From contig CAVXKA010000001.1 in NCBI GenBank assembly GCA_963762255.1, positions 1,376,001 through 1,440,000 on the forward strand: a stretch of DNA of 64,000 bases, given 5' to 3'. Under the pieces are notes generated by a model. The model was not told the DNA's origin and did not search any database. It saw only the letters and a list, made by a program, of their open reading frames with translations. How positions within the stretch are numbered: the first letter of the stretch is position 1; every line of letters begins with the position of its first letter. The stretch comes from Candidatus Eiseniibacteriota bacterium (lineage in GTDB: Bacteria; Eisenbacteria; RBG-16-71-46; JABDJR01). Positions 1 to 12,946 of this stretch are shown here, in pieces. The position numbers and the translations under genes were made by a program.

Positions 1-2812
1 GTGCGCTCATCGACATCGTTGACCGCGCTCCCGGCGGGCTCCCACACCGCGCCGTCCATCGACACCTCGAACGATACGGAGACGCGGCATGAAGATCCAG
101 GAGTTCTGATCCTGCAGGAAGCTCACCGCGAGCCGATGGATGTCCAGCGTCTCGCCGAGATCGATGACGGCTTCCATGTCGGCTCCGTAGAAGCCGAGCC
201 ACCCGCCGAGGCGCCAATCCTCGCCGCCGCGGATGCCGTCGATGAGTGCGTCGGGGCCGTTGGCGGTGTACTGGTGGTGCGTGGGGGAGAGGCTCAGCAC
301 GCGCCAGCGGCCGGGAATGCGATGGAAGGTCGCTTCCTGGGCGGGAGCGGGATTTTCGCGGCCGGTATCGCTCTGGAAACGAATCGTCGTCGTGGCGGTC
401 AGCTCGATCGGCTTCTTGTAGACGGGCGACGCGTGCGTCGGCTCCGAGCCGTCGAGCGTGTAGCGGATCACGGCATCCGCCGCCGGCGAGGCAAGCGCGA
501 CGCGCGTGCTCTCGCGGAACGGCGTCTCGCCTGTTGCCACGTAGGGGACGGGCGGCGGATTGGGCCCCGGCATGGAAGAAACCGGGGTCTTCCCCGGTCC
601 GGCTCCCCACGCGGGATTCGGCGTCGCGCCCATCTCGAACACGAGGCGTCCGCCTCGGAGAATCTCGTCGTGGGTGAGCCATGCGCGCTCGAACGGCTCG
701 CCGTCCAGGGTCGCAGACTGAATGTATGGGCGCTCCGGCCCCGCTCCGCGCGCTTCGATCGTGAATGTGCCGCCGCTCGGCAGTCGAACGGCGGCCCCGG
801 GGAAGAGCGGCGTGCCGATCGCATACTCCGACCGCCCAGGACAAACGCTGTAGAAACCCAGAGCGCTCAGCACGTACCACGCGCTCATCTGCCCGCAGTC
901 CTCGTTACCGATCAGGCCGTCGGGACGCGCGGCGTACATCGTATCCATGATCTGACGGACGCGCTGCTGCGTCTTCCAGGGTTGGCCGGCGTAGGCGTAG
1001 AGGTATGCCATGTGATGGCTGGGCTCGTTGCCGTGGGCGTACTGGCCGATGAGACCTGTGATGTCGGATTGCTCGCGGCCGGTAGTCTGCGGCGAGGCGG
1101 TGAAGAGCGAGTCGAGCTTGGTCGCGTAAGCCGCCGGTCCGCCCAGTCGCCTCCATCTCCCCCGAGATGTCGTGCGGCACGAAGAACGTGTACTGCCAGC
1201 TATTGGCCTCGGTGAAGTTGAAGTCGACCTCGGTGGGGCGGAACGGCGCGAGCCACGCCGCGTTGCGCTTCGGTCGCATGAAGCCGGTGGCGGGGTCGAG
1301 CAGGTTCCGCCAGCTCGTAGCTCGCCGGTCGTATTCCGCGCGTTGGGCTTCATGGCCCAACGCCTCGGCCATTCGCGCGATGCACCAATCGTCGTACGCG
1401 TACTCCAGCGTCTTGGAAACGCTCTCGCTTTCCTTGTCCCCCGGGATGTAGCCGTACGCGCGGTAGGCGGCGAGTCCCCGCCCGGGATGCTCCGCGCTCG
1501 CGCGCATGGCCGCGAAGGCCGCCTCGACGTCGAACCCGCGAATTCCCTTGGCGTACGCATCCGCGATCACCGATACCGCGTGGTAGCCGATCATGCAGTC
1601 GGTCTCGTTCGCGGCCAGCTCCCAGACGGGCAGGAGTCCCCCCTCGCGGTGCTGCGCGAGAAACGTCTCGATGAAGTCCGTCGTACGCCCCGGCTCCAGG
1701 ATCGTGTAGAGGGGATGTGCGGCGCGAAACGTGTCCCACAGAGAGAAGACCGTGTACTGAGTCCGACCCGGCGCCGTGTGGACCGCGTCGTCCCGCCCTC
1801 GATAGCGGCCGTCCACGTCGCTCCATGTGTTGGGCTGGAGGAGCGTGTGGTAGAGCGCGGTATAGAAGACCGTTTCCTGCTCCGACGTGCCGCCTCGGAC
1901 CGTGACGCGGCCGAGCGCTTCGTCCCATGCGCTCCGGGCAGCCTGGTGCACGCCCTCGAATCCCCATCCGGGGATCTCGGCGTCCAGGTTGCGGCGGGCG
2001 CCTTCGATGTCGACGGCGCTGATCCCCACCTTCACCAGCACCGCCTCGCCGCGCTTGGCTGTGAACCGCAGCGCGGCCTTCACGTTCGTACCCTCTGCGA
2101 AGGTGAGGCCCTCGCGAGGCTGGTCGTCCACGGCGATCAAGGCGTCCACCGGTCGCGAGAACCGCGCCACGAAGTAGACCCTCTGGTTCTGCGCCCAGGC
2201 GCGCGAGCGGCGGAAGCCCTCGATCTCCTGCGGCCCCACGACGCGCAGGCTCGACGTGATCACCTCGTCGCGATGGCTCAGGTCCAGGAGAATATGCGCG
2301 GGGCCGCTCCGCTCGAAGGTGTAGCGATGCATGCCCGCGCGCAAAGTGGCCGTGAGTTCGGCGGTCACCCCGTAATCGTCGAGGCGGACCGCGTAGTAGC
2401 CCGCCGAGGCGCGCTCGGTGTCCTTGCGAAACCGAGATCCATAACCGTGCGCGCTGTCCTCGGGCGCGTAGCCCGAGACCCAACGAATCTTCCCGGTGGC
2501 GGGCAGGAACAGGATGTCGCCGTAGTCGCTCACCCCGGTACCGCTCAAATGGGTGTGGGAGAACCCGAACACGCGGCGATCGCTGTCGTGGTAGCCGGAG
2601 CATCCGTCCCAACCGGTGAGTCGGGTATCGGGGGAGAGCTGCACCATGCCGAACGGGAGCGTGGGTCCGGGAAACGTGTGCCCGTGGCCGCCGGTGCCGA
2701 TCCTGGGGTCGACGCTGTCGACGGGGTCACCCGCCGCCGTGGCCGACGGTGCGGCCAGGACGGCGAAGGCAGCCAAGATCGAGAGCGCGAGCCGACGGTT
2801 CAAGGTGGGCAT
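1..2812 (-). CDS. GH92 family alpha-1,2-mannosidase, frameshifted (~1145 and ~80), 3' end outside window
   Basis: ORF 905-2812 has a signal peptide and GH92 motifs (GTGGHGHTFPG, PFGMVQLSPDT, FSLWDTFRA, ESVSKTLEYAYDDW, TEANSWQY). It continues in ORF 7-1560 (GQYAHGNEPSHH, GNEDCGQMSAWY, then chitobiase/FN3-like and F5/8-like C-terminal domains). Confidence 0.9.
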
Positions 2813-2921
2813 CTCCGCGTTTGAGCCATTCCCGACCGTGCCAATCTATCGCGCCAGTTGACGCTCCGCCACCCCCCGCGTAGGCTCGCCCGCCAAGTCG
2901 ATTCGTCACCGGAGGTGCACC

Positions 2922-3971
2922 ATGAGCCGACCCGTCACGGCCCTTCTTCTCGTTCTTCTCGTCCTCGGCGCGGGATGCGCACCCAAGTCCGACAAGGTCG
3001 ACAAGCAGATCGTCATCGGCTTGTCGCTGGATACGCTGCGCGAAGAGCGCTGGCAGCGGGATCGCGACGAGTTCGTGCGGCGCGCCGAGGAACTGGGCGC
3101 CAAGGTTCTGGTCCAGGCCGCCAACAACAACGACGCCCTCCAGAACTCCCAGGCGGAGAACCTGCTCACCCAGGGCGTGGACGTGCTGGTCGTGGCGCCG
3201 CACAACAGCGAGACCAGCGCGACCATCGTCGCGGCCGCTCACAAGGCGGGCGTTCCGGTCATCGCGTACGATCGGCTTATCCGCAACAGCGACGTCGACC
3301 TCTACATTTCCTTCGACAACTTCAAGGTCGGTCAACTTCAGGCCGGTTACGCAGTGGAGCGGAAGCCAGCCGGCAACTACGTGCTCATCGCCGGAGCGCC
3401 CACCGACAACAACGCGCACATGTATCGTGACGGCCAGTTGAGTGTGCTCCAGCCCTACGTCGACCGAGGCGAGATCACGATCGTCGTGGATCAATGGGCC
3501 AATGACTGGCTCGCCTCCGAGGCGCTCAAGATCATGGAGAACGCGCTCACCCGCAACAACAACAAGGTGGACGCGGTGGTCGTCTCCAACGATGCGCTGG
3601 CCGGCGGCGCGCTGCAGGCGCTGGGCGAGCAGAAGCTGGCTGGCTCGGTGGTGGTGACGGGCCAGGACGCCGAGCTCTCGGCGTGCCAGCGCATTGTCGG
3701 CGGCATCCAGAGCATGACGGTATACAAGCCGATCAAGCGGCTGGCCGCGCGGGGCGCCGAGGTCGCGATCCTCCTTGCCAAGAAGCAACCGGTGCCGGAC
3801 GCCACCGGCGCGCTCGACAACGGGTTCAAGCAGGTGCCGAGTCTGCTCATCGAGCCGATCGCGGTCGACAGGGACAACATGGCGACGACGGTGATCGCGG
3901 ACGGCTTCCACAGGGTGAAGGACGTCTACAAGGACGTGCCGAAGGATCAATGGCCCCCCGTGCCGGAGTGA
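2922..3971 (+). CDS. xylF: D-xylose/sugar ABC transporter substrate-binding lipoprotein
   Basis: Lipobox LGAGC; XylF-type motifs [44 protein letters not shown]. Confidence 0.85.
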   Translation: MSRPVTALLLVLLVLGAGCAPKSDKVDKQIVIGLSLDTLREERWQRDRDEFVRRAEELGAKVLVQAANNNDALQNSQAENLLTQGVDVLVVAPHNSETSATIVAAAHKAGVPVIAYDRLIRNSDVDLYISFDNFKVGQLQAGYAVERKPAGNYVLIAGAPTDNNAHMYRDGQLSVLQPYVDRGEITIVVDQWANDWLASEALKIMENALTRNNNKVDAVVVSNDALAGGALQALGEQKLAGSVVVTGQDAELSACQRIVGGIQSMTVYKPIKRLAARGAEVAILLAKKQPVPDATGALDNGFKQVPSLLIEPIAVDRDNMATTVIADGFHRVKDVYKDVPKDQWPPVPE

Positions 3972-5540
3972 TGCGTTCTGCCGGCGCTGGTGCCGCGGTG
4001 CCGCCGGCGACCGCGCCCAGGCTGGAATTGCGCGCCATCACCAAGGACTTCCCCGGCGTGCGCGCGCTGGACGGCGTCTCCTTCGACCTGCGCGCCGGCG
4101 AGATCCACGCGCTGTGCGGCGAGAACGGCGCCGGGAAGAGCACGCTCATCAAGATTCTCTCCGGCGTGCATCCCGCCGGCACCTATGGCGGGGAGATCCG
4201 TCTGGATGGTCGGCCCGTGCAAGTTCACCGGCGTGCGCGCCGCCGAGGCCGCGGGGATCGCTCTCATCGCGCAGGAGCTGGCGCTCGTGCCGGATCTCTC
4301 GGCGGCGGAGAACCTGGTGTTGGGGCGCGAACCGAGTCGTTTCGGCTGGATCGATCGGAGCACGGTGCGCGAGACCGCGCGGCGCGCCCTGGAGCGGGTC
4401 GGACTCGATATCGACGCGAGCCGCCCCGTGCATGAACTCGGCATCGGGCGGCAGCAATTGGTCGAGATCGCGCGGGCACTCGAGAAGAACGCCTCGATCC
4501 TCATCCTCGACGAGCCGACCGCCGCGCTGACCTCGGGGGATGTTGCCCGGCTGCGCGCTCTCTTGCTCGATCTGCGCGATCGCGGTGTGTCGGCCATCTA
4601 TATCAGCCACCGGCTTGATGAAGTCTTCGGTCTGGCCGATCGCATCACCGTGCTTCGCGATGGGCGCACCGTGCAATCGGGACGAGTGGACGAGCTGACC
4701 CGCGAACAGATCATCTCCTGGATGGTGGGCCGCGAGGTGCGCGATTTCTATCCACGGCCGCCGCATCGACCGGGCGCGCGGCTGCTCAAGGTCGAGGGGT
4801 GGACCGTGGACGATCCACTCAACCCCGGGCGCACCGCGCTGGACGGCGTCGACCTCGAAGTCCGCGCCGGTGAAATCGTCGGTGTGGCCGGGCTCATGGG
4901 CGCGGGGCGCACGGCGTTGTTGTCGTCGCTGTTCGGCGCGGCGCGTAGCGAGGTCCGTGGGCGCTTGACCGTGGGAGATGCGGCATCGCCGCGCGGTCCT
5001 TTCACGTCGCCCGCCGAGGCCATCGCCGCCGGGCTCGCGCTCGTGAGCGAGGATCGCAAACGCTACGGCCTCGTGCCCACCGGCTCCGTTCTGGACAACA
5101 TGACGCTGGCCACGCTGCGGCGCTTCGCTTCCGCCGGTTGGCTCAACCGCAGCGCGACGGAGACGGCGGTGCGCGAGCAGATCGCCGCCCTGCGGCTCAA
5201 GACTGCGGGCCTCGACGTGCCCGTCACCCAGCTCTCCGGGGGCAACCAGCAGAAGGTGATCCTCGGCAGGTGGCTCCTCGCGCGACCGCGCCTTCTTCTG
5301 CTGGATGAGCCGACACGAGGCATCGACGTCGGCGCGCGCGCCGAGATCTACGAGCTGATCCGCGTGCTGGTGGAGCAGGGAATGGGAGTGCTTCTCGCAT
5401 CGTCGGATCTCCCCGAGGTGCTCGGACTCTGCCATCGCGTGATCGTGTTGCGCCAGGGACACCGCACCGCGGCGTGGCCCTGCGACGAGGCGACGCCGGA
5501 GCGCGTGATGGCCGCGGCCGCGTTGGGGGGTGGAACATGA
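3971..5540 (+). CDS. xylG: Sugar ABC transporter ATP-binding protein (two ABC domains), frameshift near 4220
   Basis: Walker [10 protein letters not shown] in the frame of ORF 3683-4435, continuing in the frame of ORF 3990-5540 ([28 protein letters not shown]). Confidence 0.85.
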
Positions 5541-6673
5541 GCGCGGCGCGCACGCAGGGTGAGCGCGGCGTGAGCGGACCCCGCCCCGCGCTTGCGGCAC
5601 GCTTGAACTGGCGCGCGCTGACCATGGTGGGCGCGCTTGCCCTCATCTGGATCGTGTTCGGCCTCCTCACCGACGGCACCTTCTTCCTGCCGCGCAATCT
5701 CTCGCTCCTGGCGCGACAGATGTCGGTGACCGCGATCCTCGCCGTCGGGATGGTGCTGGTGATCGTCGCCGGTCAGATCGATCTCTCGGTCGGCGCGATG
5801 TCGGGTCTGCTCGGCGGACTTTCCACGTTGGCGCTGATGAAGCTGGGCTGGCCGCTGCCGGCCGCGGTGGCGCTGGCGCTCGCGGCGGGGGCGGCGTTCG
5901 GCGCTGTGCAGGGAGGCCTCGTCGCGCGGTTCCGCATACCTCCCTTCATCGTGACGCTGGGCGGCATGCTCATCTTTCAAGGGGCGCTCCTGGGCGTGAC
6001 CGGAGGAGTGTCCACCGCGCCCAGCCGCGGCTACCTGCGCATCGCGCAGACGTATTTGCCCGCGTGGCTCGGGTGGACGGCCGCGCTGGTGGTGGCGGCG
6101 CTCTTGCTCGTTCACGCCGCGCGCTCGGCGGGGCTCACCCGCGTGCGCGACATCGTGCTGGCGGCGGTTGCGCTGGTCGCCGCCGCGGTGATGAACGCCT
6201 ATGAGGGCATTCCGTTTCCGGTATTGCTCGTGCTCGTGATCGCGCTGCTCTTGGCCTTGGTCGCCGGGCGCACGCCGTTCGGAAGACACCTGTATGCGAT
6301 CGGCGGGAACCGAGACGCGGCGTTCTACGCGGGCATCCCGATCGGGCGGCGCATCGTCGGCGTGTTCAGCCTGATGGGACTTCTGTGCGGCATGGCCGGC
6401 GTCGTGCTCACCGCGCGCGTCGGCGCCGCCACGGTGGACGCCGGGCGCATGATGGAGCTGGACGCGATCGCCGCGGCGGTCATCGGCGGCACCTCGCTCA
6501 TGGGCGGCCAGGGGACGGTGTGGGGTGCCTTGCTCGGCGCGCTGGTCATGGCGTCGCTCGACAACGGCATGAGCCTCCTCAACACCGAGTCGTTCTGGCA
6601 GCCGATCCTCAAGGGGACGATCCTCATCGCCGCGGTGGCGATGGACATGGCGGGGCGGCGCAGGGAGCGGTAG
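5537..6673 (+). CDS. xylH: Sugar ABC transporter permease
   Basis: Multi-TM protein with IDLSVG, IPPFIVTLGG, YAIGGN, ELDAIAAAVIGGTSL motifs; ATG overlaps the xylG stop. Confidence 0.85.
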   Translation: MSAARTQGERGVSGPRPALAARLNWRALTMVGALALIWIVFGLLTDGTFFLPRNLSLLARQMSVTAILAVGMVLVIVAGQIDLSVGAMSGLLGGLSTLALMKLGWPLPAAVALALAAGAAFGAVQGGLVARFRIPPFIVTLGGMLIFQGALLGVTGGVSTAPSRGYLRIAQTYLPAWLGWTAALVVAALLLVHAARSAGLTRVRDIVLAAVALVAAAVMNAYEGIPFPVLLVLVIALLLALVAGRTPFGRHLYAIGGNRDAAFYAGIPIGRRIVGVFSLMGLLCGMAGVVLTARVGAATVDAGRMMELDAIAAAVIGGTSLMGGQGTVWGALLGALVMASLDNGMSLLNTESFWQPILKGTILIAAVAMDMAGRRRER

Positions 6674-6741
6674 GCCGCTTCGGCGCGTTGGTCGCGGTCC
6701 CGTCCGGCGCCGCTATTCACAAGTCGAGCTGGCACCCCGGT

Positions 6742-8064
6742 TCAGAAGAGCGCGTTCTCCAGGTCGTAGTTCAGGCCGAGGTTCAACTGCCAGTTCCAGT
6801 ACTCGTCGTGCCTACGATCCCCGGTCCCAGTACGCTGCCATTGGACCCTGACGGTGGGCGAGAGGCTCACGCGATCCTCGATGTAGAACCGGTACGTGGA
6901 TTGAAGGCCGAGCAACCGCTCGCGCGAGATGAAGTCGCTCTCGGGGACCTCGGAGTACCTGAAGGAGCCGGTGAGGAAGGTTGTCCAGATCGCGCGATCG
7001 GCCACGACCCAAAGGTGCTGGGTGGAGAGACTTCCGAGTCCCAGCTCGTGCTTGCCCTGCGCGGGGTTCGAATAATCCCACCACGAGTACGAGCCGCTGA
7101 ACGCGAGCGCGAGCTGGCGGTCGAGGCTCAGGTTGTGGATCCATCGGGCATCGATCGCCGGACCCAGGTTCGTGCTCCATTCGCGCTCGTTGCCGCCGGT
7201 CGAGCTGCGGCTGGCGCGGGCGCTCAACTCCACGCGCGCCCCCTCCTCACGCGACCCTAGGTTTTCCTGGAGCACATCGCGCAGGTAGAGGACCTCGTAG
7301 GGAGAGAGCGGTTCGCCCCGGCCCAGGAGCGGCTCCAGCACGTCCCGCCAGAGCTGCCGGTCGGGCCGGTCGAAGACCCGCTGGTAGCCCCCAATGCGGG
7401 CGAAGACACCGGCGAGGCGAAGGACATCCTCGCGGGAAAGCGGCTCCCGTCCCAGCGCCCGCAAGCGCTCGCTCAGGCGCTGTGCCTGAAGGAGCGGGGT
7501 CACGTCGCGGACTCTTCCATACCCGGCGCCCATACCGACCGAGGTCGAGAGACTGCGCTGCAGGTACACGCTCCCGCCACTACCCTGGTGGGAGCGGTCC
7601 TCCTGGTAGCGGCCCCTGATGTCCGCGCTTCCCAGCAGGTAGGTGTCACCTCGGGCGTAGTCACGGATCGAGCCGGACAGGTCGAGTTCTTCCGTGAAGG
7701 TGGACTGATAACCCCGGCCGGCTGTCGTGCCCACCCGCTGCCAGGACCAATCCCCCTCCTCGCCCGCCGAAACCGACCAGTTCCTTGGTTCGCTCTCGCG
7801 GTGCCACGTCACGTAGAGCCCCTGCTGGGCATTCGCGACGGTCCGGCTGTTGTCGGAGTAGCTCATGGACCCGTACCGGTTCGAACCCAGCCCCCCCGAT
7901 CCGAGCCCGAGCGTGACAGTCCGGTATCCCCAGTCCGGGAGGCGGTAGTCGAGGAGCGTCGATACGTCCTCGGGATTGGTGAAGCCCACCGAGGTCTGGG
8001 CGGCGGCCGGATCGGCGACAACGCAGAGGGCGAGAACGGCCAAGATGAGCAAGCTGGGTTTCAT
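6742..8064 (-). CDS. Hypothetical outer-membrane beta-barrel protein
   Basis: Signal peptide MKPSLLILAVLAL...; alternating beta-strand pattern rich in S/G/W/Y; ends in Phe. Confidence 0.55.
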   Translation of the reverse strand: MKPSLLILAVLALCVVADPAAAQTSVGFTNPEDVSTLLDYRLPDWGYRTVTLGLGSGGLGSNRYGSMSYSDNSRTVANAQQGLYVTWHRESEPRNWSVSAGEEGDWSWQRVGTTAGRGYQSTFTEELDLSGSIRDYARGDTYLLGSADIRGRYQEDRSHQGSGGSVYLQRSLSTSVGMGAGYGRVRDVTPLLQAQRLSERLRALGREPLSREDVLRLAGVFARIGGYQRVFDRPDRQLWRDVLEPLLGRGEPLSPYEVLYLRDVLQENLGSREEGARVELSARASRSSTGGNEREWSTNLGPAIDARWIHNLSLDRQLALAFSGSYSWWDYSNPAQGKHELGLGSLSTQHLWVVADRAIWTTFLTGSFRYSEVPESDFISRERLLGLQSTYRFYIEDRVSLSPTVRVQWQRTGTGDRRHDEYWNWQLNLGLNYDLENALF

Positions 8065-8280
8065 GCGGCGCTCCAGGTTCGAGAACGTTGGCAAGCCCGG
8101 TCTACGCACGAGGGTGGGCGCAAGATACGCGCCCCGCACCGGCAAGGCAACCCGCTGCCTGCCGGCGTTGCCCCGACACGCCATCGCGGTTAGAGTTGCG
8201 TGCTCGGTGATGACCGGTCGAGCCCACCGGCGCGGCAAGAGCGCCCTCGGGGCGGCCCACAGTGAAGCAAGGGAGTCAGG

Positions 8281-9684
8281 ATGCAGCGGGACAGGATCAA
8301 GACGTTGTTGGCGCAGGGCGCGGCCGGACAGGCGGTGACCGTGTGCGGATGGGTCCGCACGAAACGCGAGTCGAAGGAGATCGCCTTCCTCGCCGTCAAC
8401 GACGGAACCACGCAGGAGCACCTGCAGCTTGTGATCCCGTCCGGTTCACCGGCGTCGGCGCTCCTGTCACGCGTGGGCACGGGCGCGGCGCTCCTCGCCC
8501 GCGGAACCCTGCGCGAGTCGCCCGCCGCGGGTCAAAAGTGGGAAGTGGCGGTCTCCGATTTGGAGATCTTCGGCGAGGCCGATCCCCAGACCTACCCGCT
8601 GCAGAAGAAGGGGCACACGCTCGAGTTCTTGCGCGAGATCGGGCACCTGCGGCCGCGCACGAACACGCTGGGTGCGGTGTTCCGCGTGCGCAACGCATTG
8701 GCCTTCGCCGTCCACGAGTTCTTTCAGAGCCGCGGCTTCGTGTGGGCCCACACGCCGCTCATCACCACCAGCGACAGCGAAGGGGCGGGGCAGCTCTTCA
8801 ACGTCACCACGTTGGATCTGAACGCGGTGCCTCGCGGCGAAGACGGCGCCATCGACTTCGATCAGGACTTCTTCGGGCGTCGCGCGTACCTCACCGTGAG
8901 CGGCCAGCTCGAGGCCGAGTTCATGGCGATGGCGCTCGGCGACGTCTACACCTTCGGCCCCACCTTCCGCGCCGAGAACTCCAACACCGCACGCCACCTC
9001 TCCGAGTTCTGGATGATCGAGCCGGAGATGGCGTTCGCCGATCTCGGCGACGACATGACGCTGGCCGAGGACTTCATCCGTCACCTCTGCCGCACGGTGG
9101 TGGAGCGCTGCCCGGACGAGCTGGCGTTCTTCGCGAAGCAATACAAGGAAACGGCGATGCCGATCGACGAGATCGCGCGCCTCGCCGATACGAAGTTCGC
9201 GCGATGCACCTACACGGAGGCCGTCGCGGAACTCGAGAACGCGATGAAGGGCGGCCGCAAGTTCGAGTTCCCGGTCGGATGGGGGAAGGACTTGCAGAGC
9301 GAACACGAGCGGTTCCTCACCGACCAGGTCTTCAAGGGGCCGGTCATCGTCACCGACTACCCGGAAGCGATCAAGGCCTTCTACATGCGCATGAACGACG
9401 ACGGGAAGACGGTGGCGGCGATGGACGTGCTCGTGCCGCGCATCGGCGAGATCATCGGCGGGAGCCAGCGCGAGGAGCGGCTCGACCGGCTCGAAGCGCG
9501 CATGCGCACGATGAACATCCCCACGGACGGGATGCAGTGGTATCTCGACCTGCGCCGCTACGGCTCGGCGCCGCACTGCGGGTTCGGACTCGGCTTCGAG
9601 CGGGCGGTCCAGTACCTCACCGGCATGCAGAACATCCGCGACGTGATTCCCTGTCCCCGCGCGCCGCGCGAAGCGGGGTTCTAG
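8281..9684 (+). CDS. asnS: Asparagine--tRNA ligase
   Basis: GWVRTKR OB-fold, [59 protein letters not shown]. Confidence 0.97.
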   Translation: MQRDRIKTLLAQGAAGQAVTVCGWVRTKRESKEIAFLAVNDGTTQEHLQLVIPSGSPASALLSRVGTGAALLARGTLRESPAAGQKWEVAVSDLEIFGEADPQTYPLQKKGHTLEFLREIGHLRPRTNTLGAVFRVRNALAFAVHEFFQSRGFVWAHTPLITTSDSEGAGQLFNVTTLDLNAVPRGEDGAIDFDQDFFGRRAYLTVSGQLEAEFMAMALGDVYTFGPTFRAENSNTARHLSEFWMIEPEMAFADLGDDMTLAEDFIRHLCRTVVERCPDELAFFAKQYKETAMPIDEIARLADTKFARCTYTEAVAELENAMKGGRKFEFPVGWGKDLQSEHERFLTDQVFKGPVIVTDYPEAIKAFYMRMNDDGKTVAAMDVLVPRIGEIIGGSQREERLDRLEARMRTMNIPTDGMQWYLDLRRYGSAPHCGFGLGFERAVQYLTGMQNIRDVIPCPRAPREAGF

Positions 9685-9788
9685 GACTTTTCCAAGCTGT
9701 TTTCGGCCCCCCCCGCCGTATTCTAATTGCGGACTAATCTTGTCGGGTATATGCTGCTCGTCCGTAGTCTTCCCTCCCGGAGGTCCGA

Positions 9789-12004
9789 TTGATCGGCAAG
9801 AACGTCTCTCATTATCGCGTCGTGGACAGGCTTGGCAGCGGGGGGATGGGGGTCGTCTACCGAGCGGAGGATACGGTCCTGGACCGCTCGGTCGCCCTCA
9901 AGTTCCTCCCCCAGGAGGCCACCCGGGACAAGCCCTCTCTGGATCGGTTCCTCCGCGAAGCCCGCTCGGCTGCGGCACTCAACCATCCGCACATCTGCAC
10001 CATTCATGAGATCGGGGAGCACGAGGGAGAGCCTTTCATCGTGATGGAGTTGATGGAGGGGCAGACGCTGGCGCAGCGCATCGAGGGCAAGCCGCTCAAG
10101 ATCGATCTCATCTTGGACCTGGGCATTCAAGTCGGCGAGGCGCTGGAAGCCGCCCACGCCAAGGGCATCATCCATCGCGACATCAAGCCGGCCAACATCT
10201 TCGTGACCGCGTCGAGCAAGGCCAAGGTCCTCGACTTCGGTCTCGCCAAGCCGACCGACTCCGAACGTTGGGGACGGCGTTCAATCCGGCATGGAGACCG
10301 CGGCGGGGGCCCGGGACCTGACGATGGCCGGCTCCACGGTCGGCACCGCCGCGTACATGTCGCCGGAGCAGGCCCGTGGAGAAGCACTCGACCAACGCAG
10401 CGATCTCTTTTCGTTCGGGGCGGTGCTGTACGAGATGGCTACCGGCGTCACCGCCTTCGGCGGGAGCACGTCGGCCATCGTCTTCGATGCGATCCTGAAC
10501 GGCACGCCGCGTCCCGCTGCGCGGCTCAACGGCGAGGTGCCGCCGGAGCTGGAGCGGATCATCGGGAAGGCCCTCGAGAAGGACCCGGATCTGCGCTACC
10601 AGACGGCCACCGAACTCAAGACCGATCTCAAGCGACTGCGGCGGGATCTGGGCTCCGGGACCGGCCGGCTGCCTCCCGCTCGGAGGGATCCGCGCCCGGT
10701 GCCGCGGAGCCAAGGCCGAGAAGAAATCGGTCGCCGTTCTCTACTTCGAGAACCTGAGCGGCGCCAAGGACGACGAGTACTTTCGCGACGGCATGACCGA
10801 GGACATCATCACCGAGCTCTCCAAGATCGGTCAGATCAGGATCTTCCCGCGCTCGGAGGTTCTCGGGTTCCGCGACCGGCCGATCACCGCGCCGGAGGTC
10901 GGGCAGCAGCTCAACGCCGCCTACGTCCTGGAAGGGAGCATCCGCCGCGCTGGAAATCGGCTTCGCATCACGGCGCAGCTCGTCGAGACCCGCACCCGTC
11001 ACTCCGCCTGGGCCGAACGCTACGATCGCGAGATGGAGGACGTCTTCGCGATCCAGGACGAGATCGCCCGGAGCATTGCTCAGGCTCTGCGCGTCACGCT
11101 CTCTCCTCAGGAGGAGCGGACCATCGCGCGCAAGCCCACCGAGAACCTGCAGGCCTACGACTACTACCTGCGCGGTCGCAGCTATACCCGGCGCGAGAAC
11201 CTCGACTTCGCCCTGCAGATGTTCGAGCAGGCCATCAAGCTCGATGCGGACTTCGCGCTGGCCCACGCCGGAGTAGGGAACGTCTGCGGGATGATCTTCG
11301 AGCTTCGGGAGCAGGATCCCAAGTGGATCGAGCGCGGCGTGACCGCGTGCGACCGGGCTCTGGCCCTCGACCCGCATTCAGCCGAGATCTTGGCCGCGCG
11401 GGCGCGCATCTACTACGCCCAGAAGGAGCACGACCAGGCGATCCACTTCGCGCGCATGGCCATCGAGCGCAAGGCGGATTGCGAGGGGTCGTACAACATC
11501 CTGGGTCGCGCTCTCTTCGCCTCGGACCGAGCCGAAGAGGCCGCAGCGCTAACCGATCGCGCCCTTGAGGCGAACGGGGACGACTACAACACCTACATCC
11601 CGTACCAGAACGCGCTGGCGAGGCTTGGAAAGACGGCGGCGGTGCTGGAACTCCGCCGCAAGGTCGTGGTGGTTCTCGAGAGGCAGTTGGAACTCGTGCC
11701 GGAGGATGTCCGCGCCCGGATCCTCCTGGCCGCCCACTGCGCGGAACTCGGCCGCCCGGACGACGCGATCCGTCACCTGCAGACCGCGGTGGCCCTTCGC
11801 CCCGGGGATTCCAATGTTCTCTACAACGCCGCTTGCACCTACGGACTTCTCGGGAAGAAGGCCGAGGCACTGGACACGATCAAGAAGGCCTTCGAGGCCG
11901 GCTACGGCAACCGGGAATGGGCGGCTCGGGACTCGGATCTGGCGACGCTGCGGGATGACCCCGAATTCCAGCGCCTGGTGGGGCTGCCCTCCGCTCCGGC
12001 CTAG
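9789..12004 (+). CDS. Ser/Thr protein kinase with TolB-like and TPR domains, two frameshifts (~10270, ~10700)
   Basis: [27 protein letters not shown] (ORF 9789); [17 protein letters not shown] (ORF 10291); [18 protein letters not shown] and TPR repeats (ORF 10793). Confidence 0.85.
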
Positions 12005-12067
12005 CCCCAAGCCGCCTTCTTCCGATCGGGACGGAGAGCGGCGGGTGTTGCCCGCCGCTCCCACTCC

Positions 12068-12946
12068 TCAGTCCACCTTGATTACAAGGTACCGGACCTT
12101 GCGGAACTCCTCGGCGTTCGTGATCCGCAGCTCCGCCAGATCCGGTCGGATCGGGACGAGCTGGTAGCTCGCCGTGCTCTGCCCGCTCAGGACGACCGGC
12201 TTTTTTCCGGGGACCTGGAGAATCTTCTGCGCATCGGTGTCGACCCGAGTGAAGAAGCGCTCCGGGAACTGGCCGGAGAGCCGCGCCGATTTCCCGATGC
12301 CGATCAGGCCGCCCGCCTCGCGAATCACCCCGAGTTCCTTGAGCTTCTTCTTGGTCTCCGACAGGTAGTAGATCGTGCTGATCTCGCGGCGCTTGTTCTC
12401 GATCACCTGCTCTTGCTCGGCGATGTGCTGGCGCCCGGTCTCCACGTCAGCGCGCAGCGTCGTGACCTGAACCTCGAGCACTTCGACCCGGGCGGTTAGC
12501 GTCTGGATCATCTGCTCCCGGTCCGACACCGTCTTCTTGAGGTTGGAGACGATTCGCTCCAGGGAGGCCACCTGCACGTCTCGCGCTGCGAGCGTTTCCT
12601 CCAGGCGTTTGATCATCGCCTTGCTGCGCGCGATGCTCTCGTTGAGATCGGAGATGGTGCGGAGCACCTGATCCTTGCGACTCGCGGTGAGCGGACCGCC
12701 CCGCTCGACGTCCTGCGAGACGTTCAGCACGGCCGACTCACTCGGCAGGATGGCGGTCAAGCTATCCTGGATCTCCACGATGGAAACGAGCGCGGCATCA
12801 AATCGCGTGCGCAGGGAGTCCTCCGACGCGCGGGTCGCAAGATACTTGCGCCCCAATTCCTGACTGCGTTGATTGAGTAGCAGGACCCCCGTGGTCAGAC
12901 CTGCAAAGACGACCACGGCCAAGCCGATCAAAAGCGCTTTCTTCAC
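12068..12946 (-). CDS. Membrane-anchored coiled-coil protein
   Basis: N-terminal TM, long heptad region, C-terminal globular domain (KKLKELGVI..GGLIGIG). Confidence 0.6.
   Translation of the reverse strand: MKKALLIGLAVVVFAGLTTGVLLLNQRSQELGRKYLATRASEDSLRTRFDAALVSIVEIQDSLTAILPSESAVLNVSQDVERGGPLTASRKDQVLRTISDLNESIARSKAMIKRLEETLAARDVQVASLERIVSNLKKTVSDREQMIQTLTARVEVLEVQVTTLRADVETGRQHIAEQEQVIENKRREISTIYYLSETKKKLKELGVIREAGGLIGIGKSARLSGQFPERFFTRVDTDAQKILQVPGKKPVVLSGQSTASYQLVPIRPDLAELRITNAEEFRKVRYLVIKVD

Noticed and set aside
4200-4240. Programmed frameshifting in xylG or the other split genes
   Set aside because: No slippery heptamer or precedent in these families; sequencing error is more parsimonious.
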